Assembly: GCA_043228905.1 (NCBI GenBank)
Contig: JBHGNT010000086.1
Span: 32,171-96,170, forward strand
DNA from: Azolla caroliniana
Taxonomy: Eukaryota > Plantae > Polypodiophyta
Direction: 5' to 3'
Length of the DNA stretch: 64,000 nt
Shown: positions 23,588 to 36,563 of the stretch, piece after piece
Layout of the letters: each line of letters opens with the position of its first letter
How positions within the stretch are numbered: the first letter of the stretch is position 1
The notes under the pieces: model-generated
What the model was told of the DNA's origin: nothing
Databases searched by the model: none
What the model saw: the letters and a program-made list of their open reading frames with translations, nothing else
Program-made: the position numbers and the translations under genes

Positions 23588-26500
23588 ATGTCTTCTGCCA
23601 TCATGGCATCTAGAATGCGCCGCCTTTCTTCTCTACAACATCTCTTGAAGAGGTCGAGCCCTCGATCGTCTGCTTCTTCTTCTTCTTCGACAAATGCAAT
23701 GGCTTCTTCTCATCATCGTCATCTTCATCATCAATTTCCGGCACCATCAACTATGGCTCTGGCATCAAACCCTAGCCTTTTCTTCTCGGCTCGTCCCATA
23801 TCAATTGAAGCACTTCAGCCGAGTGATACCTTTCCTCGCCGACACAACAGCACAGCTGAAGATGAAGGTAAGATGTCTCAATTCATCGGATTCGAATCCG
23901 TCGACTCCCTTATTGATGCCACCGTGCCAAAAAGCATCATTAGGCCGGATATGAAATTACCCAAATTTGATGGTGGCCTCACTGAATCACAAATGCTTGA
24001 TCACATGAAAGACTTAGCTTCCAAGAACAAGGTTTTTAAATCATATATTGGGATGGGATATTATAACACTTATGTGCCTCCGGTGATTCTTAGGAATATT
24101 CTTGAGAATCCCGGATGGTATACCCAATATACTCCTTACCAAGCTGAGATTGCACAAGGTAGGCTTGAATCTTTGCTCAATTTCCAAACCATGATCACTG
24201 ATCTTACTGGTATGCCTATGTCTAATGCCTCACTCCTCGATGAGGGTACTGCGGCTGCTGAAGCTATGGCCATGTGTACCAATGTTGCGCGGGGTAAAAA
24301 GAAAACATTCCTCATAGCTGATCATTGCCACACTCAAACCATAGACATTTGTAAAACAAGATCTGCAGGATTTGATCTTGATGTGAAAGTAGTGAACTTG
24401 AGTAAGTTCGATTATAGTAAAAATGATGTGTGTGGGATTCTTGTGCAATATCCGGCTACCGATGGAGAGATCATTGATCTCTCAGATGTAGTGAAAACCG
24501 CACACACACATGGTGCAAAGGTGGTGGTGTCAACGGATCTCTTGGCATTGACTGTTTTGCAACCACCGGGTGAATTTGGTGCCGATATGGTTGTTGGGTC
24601 GGCCCAGAGGTTCGGTGTCCCTATGGGATATGGTGGTCCTCATGCAGCTTTTCTTGCAACCTCTCAAGAGTACAAGAGGTCTATGCCTGGAAGAATCATC
24701 GGTGTGAGTGTCGATGCGAATGGAAAACCTGCTTTAAGAATGGCCATGCAAACTCGTGAACAACATATCCGAAGAGAGAAAGCCACCAGCAACATATGTA
24801 CTGCGCAGGTAAGTCTTAGCTTTTTTCTCCGTCTGCAACTGTATGGTAGAAGCTCAACTTCTTTGATCATGTTTGAGTATTCCTTAAGGCTGTTTTTTTC
24901 TATGTTACTACATGGTTTGTTATATGTTACCTTGTGCTTTTGTTATGCTACTATATGCTTTTGTTATGTTACTACATGTTTTCTTTTACGTTCTACTGCA
25001 TGCTCTTTTCTGTTAATATATGTTTTTTATATTGTATTTACATTTTTGCTAGTATCTTCTGTTTTATAGCAGTACTTGTTTTTGTTTATGTCACTACACC
25101 TTTATGATACTATTTGTTGATTTTATGCTAGTATATGTTAGAGCATGTGCTGATAGTCGCTAGATTTATTATATATAAACAGGCTTTGCTTGCCAACATG
25201 GCTGCCATGTATGCTGTCTACCATGGGCCTGAGGGATTGAAACAGATTGCAGAGAGGGTACATGGATTAGCAAGCGCTTTTGCTTCTGGAGTCCAGAAAT
25301 TCGATCATGTGAAAGTAGAGAAGAAAGCATTCTTTGATACAGTGAAAGTAAGTGTATCAGATGCAAATGCTATCGCAGAAGCTGCTTTGAAACGTGGTGT
25401 TAATTTGCGAGTTTTGGATGGAAAAACGGTAAGTTGTTTTACTTGCCAAATTAAAGCGTACTATAAGAAAAAAAGATTATTACTCAGCTACGTTAAAGCA
25501 TATAAGGAAATTCTTATTGTTTAGTTAAGACCTAATCTAATACCCAACTGGTACTATGATATAGATCACTGTCGCATTTGATGAGACAGCAACACTTGCT
25601 GATGTAGATGAGCTCTTTGAGATCTTTGCCAATGGAAAGCCGGTCAGAATTTACCCCTTTTCATCTAACTATTTGAGAAAAAACTGGAATAAGATATTGA
25701 TCTAAAATCCATTTTTCTCTTATGTTCTTAGGTCAATTTCACTGCTGCATCTCTTGCTCCTGAGGTAGCTACAGCCATTCCAGCATCTCTTCAACGTGAG
25801 AGTGCATACCTCACTCACCCAATTTTCAATATGTAAGTGTTGTAAATCTAGAAGCACCACTTGAAGAAAAGAACAAAGAATAATTATGAAGAGGATTTCC
25901 TTTTTATATTTATTGCTCATGTACATTGCAGGTACCATTCTGAGCATGAAATGTTGAGATACTTGCATCGGATCCAAGCAAAGGATTTGTCACTATGCCA
26001 TAGCATGATTCCTTTAGGATCATGCACTATGAAGCTCAATTCAACTGTCGAAATGATGCCTATCACATGGCCAGAATTTGCCAATATTCATCCGTTTGCA
26101 CCATTGGATCAGGCTGCAGGCTTTCAGGTTAATTATTAAGAGCTCATATGAGGGAGAGTGATTACATCCTGTTCTATCTCTCTGTTATGTTTTCCCTCTC
26201 ATGCATGATTTCCGTTTCTTATCAATTTATTTTCCTTCTTTCAGGAAATGTTTCAAAATTTGGGAGAGCTCCTCGCTGAGATTACAGGTTTTGACTCAGT
26301 ATCTTTGCAACCCAATGCCGGTGCTGCAGGAGAATATGCAGGACTCATGGTTATTAGGGCATACCACCATGTGAGTTTAATTATTATAATATTTGGTGCT
26401 GTTAGATATTCATACATAGAGAAAGTAGGATAGACATTGAAATGTATACTGACTTTTGTTAAGAGATACATTCATAAAGTAGTATAGATGTGGAAATGCA

Positions 26501-29405
26501 TAGTGATTGTTCTTAAGACATACACATACATAGAAATAGTAGTATATACGTTGAAATGCATAGTGATTGTAATGAAGAGATACATACATAGAGAAAGTAG
26601 TATAGATGTTAACACAGCAGTTGTTGTTAGGAGATGCATATATAGAGAAAGGATAGAGGTTACATTTATTATTAAGAGATATATACTCAGAGAAATAATA
26701 ACAACTGTGTGGGCATTGTTGAAATTTGTATGCAGTCACGAGGTGACCATCATCGAAACGTGTGCATTATACCAGTTTCTGCTCATGGAACAAACCCAGC
26801 GAGCGCTGCAATGTGTGGAATGAAAATTGTGTCTGTGGGAACAGATGCAAAAGGAAATGTCGACATTGAGGAACTCAGAAGAGCTGCAGAGACCCATAAA
26901 GACAACCTTTCTGCTCTCATGGTAAGCAACCCTGATGAGAACCGACCGGTGTACATATTTCCTCCTTTCAATAAGGCTCTCTATTAACTTCATATTTTGT
27001 ATGTTAGGTCACTTATCCTTCAACTCACGGTGTGTATGAAGATGGAATTGATGAGATTTGTAACATCATCCACAAAAATGGAGGTCAAGTGTACATGGAT
27101 GGTGCTAATATGAATGCTCAGGTGAAACAGGATATAACGTTGAACTAATTGGTCACATCCAAGTAGATTCATTATCATCCTTTCCACATCCTTGCCTCTT
27201 ATTTTTATTGATTTCATTAGGTCGGTCTAACAAGCCCGGGACATATTGGAGCAGATGTATGTCACTTGAATTTGCATAAAACATTCTGCATTCCACATGG
27301 AGGTGGAGGTCCAGGAATGGGACCTATTTGTGTGAAGAAGCACCTTGCGCCCTTTTTGCCTTCTCACCCTGTTGTAAGTTCAATTAATTTCTCTATTTCT
27401 TAGTTAGTATTATTGTTGATTTGTGATGATTATCATCATAGTAAAAAACTCATCATCATGCTTCTATTTAGGTTTCCTTTTTATGATGATCATCATCAAA
27501 AGCTTGACTTCATGTTTTTTTCATTATGATTCAATATATTCATTGCCTATTGATGATGATGATTGTTGCGGTTCTATTTGCTCATTGCTTGTTGATGGTG
27601 ATGGTGATCATAAAAATGACCAATTTCATGTTTTTTGTCATGGGGTTATTTACTTGTTGCTTGTTGATGATGATCATGAACATCATAAAAAGCTTGATTT
27701 CATGTTTTATTGTCGTGGGTTTGATATAGGTTGCAACAGGAGGTATCCCTCCTCCTAAGGAAAAGCTTGAACCCTTAGGTGCCATCTCTGCAGCACCTTG
27801 GGGATCCGCCCTCATCCTACCCATTTCTTATTCTTACATCGCCATGATGGGATCCAAAGGACTCCTGGATGCATCGAAATATGCTATCCTGAATGCCAAC
27901 TACATGGCGAAGCGACTTGAGGTAAACCTTTCCATTTTTCTCATGTGAATGCAGTTCGATGTTTTTATAAAAATCTAATCTATATGCTTTCCTTTTTTGC
28001 TTTTTTTTTAATTGTGAAGGATTACTACCCTGTTCTATTTCGAGGAAAGAATGGCACATGCGCACATGAATTCATCATTGATTTGAGGCCATTTAAGGTA
28101 ATACAAGGAACACAATCTCTTCATAAAGGATTTTTGTAGGTAACTAGAGAGATGAAATTTATGTTTTCTGGAATTAACGCTCAAGGATCTCTCTACTACC
28201 ACTTCTTGAATACAGGCAACTGCGGGATTAGAAGCAGAGGATATCGCCAAGCGTCTCATTGATTATGGATACCATGCACCCACAATGTCATGGCCAGTGC
28301 CTGGGACTCTCATGATTGAGCCGACTGAAAGTGAGAGCAAGGTATGGATCTATCATGCTGAATTGACATCATGTAACCAAAACCAAAACAAAAAAGATTA
28401 TGTCAAGAGTACGTTTACCTTAAAAACAAAACCAAAAACCCTAAGACCCTTGATTTAGAATCGATAAAAGTCAATCTTTACTGAACCCTAGATACTAAGC
28501 ATGAACCAGCCATTACAAAAATCTGGTTTTTGATAGATTGTTATCTTTTATATAGGCTGAGCTTGATCGATTCTGCAATGCGATGATCTCAATCCGCCAT
28601 GAAATCCAGGCCATTGAGAATGGTACCGTGAGCCAAGAAGATAATGTGTTGAAGGTGAGGTTTTTTTCAAGGCAATACAAAACAGAAAAGAAACTTTACA
28701 AAGAGAAGATAGAGGAATTATATGGGACAGGTTTAGGTGGATTGTTGAGGGCAAATAAAATATATTGGTTTTTAATACCCTTACTCTGATGATGATGAAT
28801 CAGAGTGCACCACATGCTGCTTCGGTCGTTCTGGCAGACACGTGGACGAAGCCGTATTCAAGGGAGGTTGCAGCTTTCCCTGCATCATGGGTTCGAGCTT
28901 CCAAGTTCTGGCCAACAACTGGTGAGTTTTGTATATATTCTTTTTTTAAAGCATCAAAGTGCTAATTAGATTCAAACATACCTCATAAACAATGCCTAGT
29001 TACAACCAAATTAATAATTGCTTAAGAAAAAATAGATCTAGGGAAAACTTCGAAATACCCCCACTATCTCCTCAAACCCCATGGGTCATCCCGTTGAACC
29101 CAAAATGAATTGACCCCAGAAAATTTATCAAATACTGGTCCAAACCAGAAAAGTAATCCTTTGCTTTCTGAAAACCCATGAGGTATATGGTGGTAATTAT
29201 CCTGAAAACCAGGGGTGCATCTGAATAATAATACATCTTTTGACTCTTCAAAGAACAATTTCTGTCGTAGAGGAACTCATTTCTTATGTCGATATACGCG
29301 AATGTTGTTTCAGGACGAGTGGACAATGTGTATGGTGACCGTAACCTCATTTGCACACTTCCTGCGGCTGAGCCTACATTCGAAGAGCAGGCAGTTGCTG
29401 CTTGA
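23588..29405 (+). CDS. GLDP: Glycine dehydrogenase (decarboxylating), glycine cleavage P protein, mitochondrial; 15 exons, 1041 aa
   Basis: Exons 23588-24808, 25183-25428, 25565-25642, 25732-25832, 25932-26127, 26245-26370, 26736-26921, 27008-27121, 27221-27373, 27730-27921, 28020-28097, 28216-28341, 28556-28654, 28804-28921, 29314-29405. All introns are GT-AG and the 3126-nt total is in frame. Motifs [39 protein letters not shown] and the PLP-lysine motif [18 protein letters not shown]. Ser/Arg-rich N-terminal presequence. Confidence 0.97.
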
Positions 29406-29850
29406 GTTTTCGAGCAGTGATGTGTCATCCACTCTACTTTTTACTCAAATCTAAAAAGTAGGGCCCATGAAGCAAAGAAGTATAAATGTCTGTTTATTCT
29501 AGCCACATTTCATAATATTTAAATGTTAGAAAATCATCCCTTGTACTCACAATGTCAATCAATGTATGCAAATCATCGCTTGCACGATCCAAGCTGTACA
29601 GACACTTGTTGTTTTTAATCATCTCTCATTTCAATTTGTAAATTGTTTTAACCACTCTTCAAATAAGTTCACAAAAAACATAAACCGTCTATGCTGTGTT
29701 TGTGCATCAATTGATAAGACAGAACTTGAAAAGTCACCTTCCACATCTTTTGCTAGAACCGTGTGCAACATTTGGAAAATTCCCTCTTCTTTATTGCTTG
29801 ACCAAATTTCTGGCTCTAAATTAGTGTTCATAGATTTCTGAAAAGCTTTT

Positions 29851-30060
29851 GAGAAGTTGCAAAAGAAAACCCTACCAGTTAGAATGTAGAGCTTTATAGC
29901 GTCTCAACATGAGACAGGTACCTCTCACCTCCCTTAAAATGAAAGGAAAGATGGAGAAGTTGCAAAAGCAAACCCTACTGGTTAGAATGTAGAGCTTTAT
30001 AGCGTCTCAACATGACTCATGGTACCTCTCACCTCCCTCAAATTGAACGGAAAGATGGAG
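29851..30060. repeat. Two-copy tandem duplication, ~102-bp unit
   Basis: GAGAAGTTGCAAAAG...TAGAATGTAGAGCTTTATAGCGTCTCAACATGA...GGAAAGATG occurs twice. Confidence 0.85.
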
Positions 30061-31431
30061 GACGCATTCTCTAGTATGAGCATGATAAAGTTATACAATT
30101 TGGATGGACATGCATTTTGGATTTTCATGGATGGAAGAATTAAGAAGAGTTTAGATTTACCTTTTTTAATTGGTATGGATAGATGGATTAGTAGTGTTAA
30201 TGCGGAAAAAGCTGTTGGATGTAACAAACTTAAGCTTCATGAAACTAAAATTTTATGCTTTGAAAACATCCATCATGGGGTGATCTAATATGGAAACTCC
30301 GGTGAGATGAGAATGTTCATGGTTCTTATTGCCATTAGCGACACCCACATCAAAGATAAATGGCTCAAGTCAGCATGATTACTGATCTATTGTTGTTCAA
30401 AGGAATCATGGCATGCGTCTCCATTTATGAATATGGACTTATTGTTGGCCATCTTTGTGCTTATTTAGCTTCTAGATTAATTCAAGTTTTGTTCTATGCC
30501 CACTTTAATATTATCAGTTTAGTTGTCTCTCCTGATCTCGCCATACTCAAACGAACCATCAAAATCTGTACTCAAAATGCTGGGATCAATGCATCCACAA
30601 CATTCATGCAAATGTACTTGAAATCAATCTTTAATATTTTTGTAAAAAGTAACCAACTAATTCCATATTTTATTAACACTACCAATGTGCAGTTTATAGT
30701 ATTGAGGTCGAGTCTGGTTGCTCTACACCTCTCTGGAAACCAGAGAGGAAACCGTGTTAAGTGTCTGCAAGTGGTTGCTCATCTTCACCTGTGTATGGCT
30801 TTTCACCTGTGTATGGCTTTTCACCTGTGTAGGCTTTCCTTCTGTTTAGATATAGAAGACAACTGCACTCTATATACTTGTAAGGTGTGAGGTTCTTCAT
30901 TTTCTTTCTTCCAGACTATCATAAGGTGGACTTCTTTTGGCCAGGACTTTGTTCACAATGCCTTTCCATGCTACTGCAGGGTTCAAATTTTTCTTTGTGC
31001 TTCACTTCCACTATCACATTTCGTCATTTTCTGCCCCTCAGCGTGCTCATGCTTTCAATTTCTAGCCAATATCCATTTTGTTTATGTTTTTTGGGGACAT
31101 TCCCATATCCATAGACCATGTTCGTAGTTCCTTCTCTTCATTGTCTTTCACAATGTACACATTTCCAGTCTTCTTGGCTTTCTTATTATCTATTTTAAAG
31201 CCTGATTCATCGAAGCTATTTCAACATATACAATTGTATTTCTGCTTTTAAGGTTTCAACACATATAAGCATAACCATATCATTGGCCTTTTGTAGCTTC
31301 CAACATACACAACGGTATATCTGCTTTTATGGTGTTGACACCTATAAGCATAACCACATCATTGGTCTTTGATCAATAACACAGCTCCATGCAAATCAAC
31401 AATCTCACTGAAAATATGGTAATTGAGGCAA

Positions 31432-32105
31432 GCCAAAATAATATTTTTTCCTAGTCATAGTAACACCATTGTCATCTGACAATAAAAAACAGGGCTGGTT
31501 ACACCGCATCTAGAATTCTGCATGATATTTCAACGAACATGAATGTAGAAATCACAATGAATAAAGAGAAACAGATGGCGTCATAAGTCAAATGTACACA
31601 CTTGAAAGGCTGCCGAGGTAGTTTATACTCCTCATAATGCTTCTGGTGTGACACTCGTCAAAATAAAAAATGCGTAAAGAAAGTCAATATCTCATTGGAA
31701 TTATGCAAGAGTTTTGAATGCACATCATGTCTTAATAATAGAACGAACATAAAAAGTATCAAATCATGTGAAGCCATAAATATTTTTTCCTAGTCATAGT
31801 AACACCATTGTCATCTGACAATGGTTACACCGCATCTAGAATTCTGCATGATATCTCAACGAACATGAATGTAGAAATCACAATGAATAAACAGAAACAG
31901 ATGGCGTCATAAGTCAAATGTACACACTTGAAAGGCTGCCGAGGTAGTTTATACTCCTCATAATGCCTCTGGTGTGACACTTGTCAAAATAAAAAATGTG
32001 TAAAGAAAGTCAATATCTCATTGGAATTATGCAAGAGTTTTGAATGCACATCATGTCTTAATAATAGAACGAACATAAAAAGTATCAAATCATGTGAAGC
32101 CATAA
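31432..32105. repeat. Two-copy tandem duplication, ~335-bp unit, downstream of TSC10
   Basis: ATATTTTTTCCTAGTCATAGTAACACCATTG... starts at about 31441 and 31780. Few mismatches and one 13-bp indel. Confidence 0.9.
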
Positions 32106-32446
32106 CAACCGAACTCGATCCTCTTTGCTAAATCATGCCATGGACGGATTACAAAGCTTTCCATTTCTTGGTTCAGAAGAAAGCAAAAAATGGAACAAAT
32201 AAACTGTCTGGGCAGGACATCTTGAAATAGTGTAGATGAATCACCAAATAGGAATGGAATCAATGACCAACTAATAGAAATGAGCTTTCCATAAATCCAC
32301 CTTCACAAATGCTGCTGTAAGTCATTCCCATCAGACTGAAATCTGAATTACTTCATCCTACCATCATCAAACGACAAACCAAAGGTAGAAAAAAAAACTC
32401 ATGTTTCTCTTTTTTGCCAATTTAAGCATCAGTTCAGAAGTGATAC

Positions 32447-35400
32447 CTACTTCTTCTCACGCCTACGAAAATTGCTGATAATCCGATACCAATTCCACAC
32501 CACACAGAGAGCCACTATACGCATGATTCCCATGAGCAAAATCTCCCCAAGAGCAACTACAGCTGATGATTGAGGACTCATTCCCGCAGTACCAATGCAT
32601 AACATCCAACCATCAAAGTTACAAGAGATGGAAAATTTCCCTGCCTTGATCCCATTTATGGCCACCTTAGCAACATCAACAGCCTCTACGGCAGCACTTG
32701 AACCAGATAACAGTTTCGTTATCTCTGGCTTTGTTTCATTTTCTATCCATGCCAAAACACATTGTTCTCAAGTTAGTAATTTTAGTTGTAATACACATCG
32801 TTAAATTTTACATCAGCAATTTTAGCTATGCTACGCATCATTTGACAACTATGAGCAAAAGAACATTAAAAAAATTCAGCAATCATAATTATTACTCTCA
32901 AAACATATGAGCATGAGATTAAGTCTATAGGCCCTCAAAAAAATCAGTTCAAGATAATAAATGTTTGAAAGCATTATTTCATAAAACAGTGTATCCATAA
33001 TGCTTCAAAGAATTTTGTTGAGGCCACGGCTGATTGCTCAGCTAACAAACTCCTGTTTTGAAAGCAGCTGGCTGTTTTTTTTTAATATTCCTCTCTGAGT
33101 TGCTTAAAAAAATTTCAGCAGAAATTAGAGTTTATACTGCAGGACTAAAATTACCTCACTTTATATTTTGAGCTGGGAATAGGGTTTTCTATACAGTTTC
33201 TCGGCAGGGATTAGGATTTTATAAAAATGTTCTCTCTCTGTCGCAGTGGATTTTGTCATTTCCCATATATGGCATATGCCCATCCGGAAATGCGATTGTT
33301 GGTGTTTCTAATTAATTCAAAGGCAGAATCATCATGACCTGCATTAAGAAATTTCAGATGGGCACATGGAAAGGCATGGCTTCAAAGGGAAGGAGAGGGA
33401 TTTGAAACCTCAGTAAAAAGCAGTCTGCTTAGCAATTACTGTCGGGGTCGAGTTCATCCCATCATGAAATGAGAGATTCATTACTATCTTCATGCAGAAG
33501 CCAGGGAATTCATTTGGGAAAAAATATTACAAAATTATAATCCTTCGGTGGATCACCAAACCCAACCCTGCCCCAGGAGTCTAAGATTGCATTAAGTCAA
33601 TTTAGATAAGTACAATGAAAAGCAATTCGACCATGATTAGTTCATTGGGTCTTTCTGGTAACCGCAAGAAATAAAAATGTTTTACAGTAGTTTAAGGAGA
33701 AAATACACCTACTTCAAAACCATCAATGATCCTAAACTTATTGTAGCAATCCATTTACAAAACTACTGTAGCACAGTTCAGAGTTTTTAATAACATAAAG
33801 TTCAAACGATACCTTTGTCAAATCCTGGTGTGTGTGTATCAGGTGGATAAATCAGTGAAATGATAATGTTGTCACCTATAACCTCCTGTTGCAGAGCCTC
33901 CGCCATTCCTCTAAGACCAAATTTGCTTGCAGCATAGGGGACAAACCCATAGACACCAACCTGCCAGAATGTGGAGGAAATAATACGATTTTTCATTAAA
34001 ATGCAAATGCTTATTAAGGATAAACTAAATAAATATATCAAGCTTTTTGGATTTCACGGTTTCAAACAAAGCTTCAAGTTTATCTAAAAAAAAGACAGAC
34101 AGGTTTTGAGGATTCATTGGGACATAAAGATTTCAAATCAGGTTAGTATACTGAATTCCTGCTGGGGATCATCATCATGGTTTATCTGAGCTTTCACGGT
34201 CAAAGACTTAATATAATTACCTTAGGTAATGATCATGGTTTGTTAAGCTTTAAAGATCGAAGTTATAATCAACTAACAAACGATGACAGCTTGTTTTGTG
34301 CGACTCAAACCAAAGTTCTGGTCATCTACTGTAATGATCATAGTATGTTTCATACTATGAACCATACGTACCATACGTGCATTCGCATTCATGAATGGTT
34401 CAATCATCCGAGTATGGTAAATACCATACTTTTGTATTCATTATTTATTATAATGTAAATTTTTTTAAGGCAAAAAGTGTAAAAAAAACATAAGAATGTT
34501 TTGATAACATACACATTCATTTGTTTTGCATTCGTATGGAAAAGAATGTTTGCCAATGCATTCGAGTATATTACGTACTATGGATGTTTAACTTCATGAC
34601 TTATATACAATGAAACGAGAACGCTAGATGAGTTCTACTCTAACAGAATATGAGATTACCTGACCCGCCTGGGAAGAAACAATGGCAATAGAGGCAAAAC
34701 TTGAGTCTTCCCTGCTTTTCATAGATGGCAAAATAGCCTTGATAATATTAAGATTTCCTCGCAGATTGATATCCAGAACATTGTTGATCTCTTCTAGGGA
34801 ATAATCCAAAAACGTTTTCGCCACCGAAACACCATGGCTACAAATAAGTATGTCTACTCTACCAATCTCAGCCACAGCCTTTTTCACAGATTCAAAATCT
34901 TTCACATCAGCAGAGAAAACTCGAATCTGTTTACCTGTAGATATTCTAGTCTCAGAATAGCACATTCCAACTGATTTCAAAAGGTTTCACAACACCACTG
35001 ATTCAGACCAATGGTTTTCTCTGCTTTTGTGAAATATTTCATACTAAGAAAGAAAGTTCAGATTTGTTTCTCTATAGGTTTTATATCTATAGCAAAGGAA
35101 AAAATCTCGACAGATCACAAATGATTCACATAATAAGAAGAAAAACATCAAAGAAGTTCAAATTGTCTATAGATTTATTTTATGACGGAGTAAATGGTCT
35201 CAGCAGGTATCGAATGAAGAAGCAAAATGACTCCATATATTTCTTGAAGAAGAAGCAAAACATGACAATAGATTTTCAAAATCTTCCATACAGTCAGAGA
35301 GAGAACAGATTTCCAAACGCTTCCATTTCAGCAAAGAAAGTTTCAGTTTTTGTTTACCTGCTGAAGAAGCAAAATTTCTCAACAGATTCCAAAATCTTTC

Positions 35401-35892
35401 CACATGTGAGATTAAAGAACAGATTCAAAGGCTTTCAAAAACAGGCCAAGAGATTTCGGATTTTGTTTCTCTCAATAGATATCTCGAAGGAAGAAGGAAA
35501 AAGGGGCTCAACAGATTCACCAATTGTTTAGAGGCATAGGCGGAGACAAAAGAACGAAGGGAGAGGGGAGGGGAGGAGAGGAGAAGGAATGCAAGGATTA
35601 TTATCCCGTTTTGCTTACCAGTGGATTTCTCGATGGAAGCCTGGGCGTCGGAGAGGCGGGAGAGGTCTCTAGCGAGAATGGAAACAGATGAGGCGCCTTC
35701 AAGGAGGGAAAGCCTGGCGATCTCGAGGCCGATTCCACTGGAGCCGCCGGTGACAAGGACATGGCGGCCCTTGAAAGGGACGACGGCGGCAGGGCCGGGG
35801 GATCGCAGGAATCGCAGGAGGAGGAAGAGAAGGAGCAGGAGCAGGAGCAGAAGCAGAAGCAGGAGCAGGAAGAGGAGCATCGACTGGTCCAT
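32447..35892 (-). CDS. TSC10: 3-ketodihydrosphingosine (3-dehydrosphinganine) reductase, SDR family; 4 exons, 330 aa
   Basis: Exons 35892-35619, 34934-34660, 33960-33813, 32742-32447 (993 nt, GT-AG). N-terminal poly-Leu anchor, Rossmann motif TGGSSGIG, SSQAGQVG, catalytic YAASK, PPDTHTPG and a C-terminal hydrophobic segment. An alternative start at 35910 is possible. Confidence 0.93.
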
Positions 35893-35980
35893 GGCGGGTC
35901 TAGATCTCATAACCTGCCTTTTCCCAGAAATGCTTTGAACCTTAATACTTATCACCATTTTTGCTGATTTTGTTCTGTTA

Positions 35981-36563
35981 AGGCTTAATCGGCTTTGTCA
36001 AACTGGTTTAGAAACCGGTTCCGTTCAGGTTTGGAACACTCCCGAACCGGGGTTTGGCTTAACCGGTTTGGTTTAGACAAAGCCAAACCTGTTCAGCCAC
36101 TACATTCTACCAAATTGTTGCTTAAAATGACTTTACCACTAACAATCGGCAACCGTTCGGTTCAGTTTGAGAGGGTCCAAACCGAACTGTTTTAGAGATG
36201 TTGAAACCTGAACCGAACCACGAAACCGTTAAACCGAACCATTAAAAAAATTCAAATTGTTAACCCATTAAACCGGTAAAATCGTGGTTTCGGTTTCGGT
36301 TTTCAACTTAGGTCAAATTTTAAATTTTAAATTTTCATTATTAACTTTTAAAAATTCTCCCAAAATGTGAGAATAAGGCATGAAAATGAAAAGATTATTT
36401 AAAAACAAATTCTTTATTTTTATTTTTATTTTTTTTAATTTAAAAAATAAAAAATAAAAAATTGTTAAACCGTTTAAACCGTAGTTTTAAACTATTGAAA
36501 CCAAAACAAACCATTTTAACTGTTAAGCCGTGGTTTCGTGGTTTGATTCAACCGTTGCCAATT
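35981..36563. repeat. AACCG/CGGTT-rich MITE-like repeat upstream of TSC10
   Basis: Dense AAACCG/GGTTCGG motifs in both orientations around an AT-rich core. Termini not resolved. Confidence 0.45.

Noticed and set aside
30784-30836. 18-bp repeat translating as TGEKPY on the minus strand (C2H2 linker-like)
   Set aside because: No zinc fingers or sustained ORF surround it; it is a three-copy minisatellite.
30019-31150. ORFs between GLDP and TSC10
   Set aside because: No recognisable motifs or splice structure; possibly decayed fragments I cannot identify.
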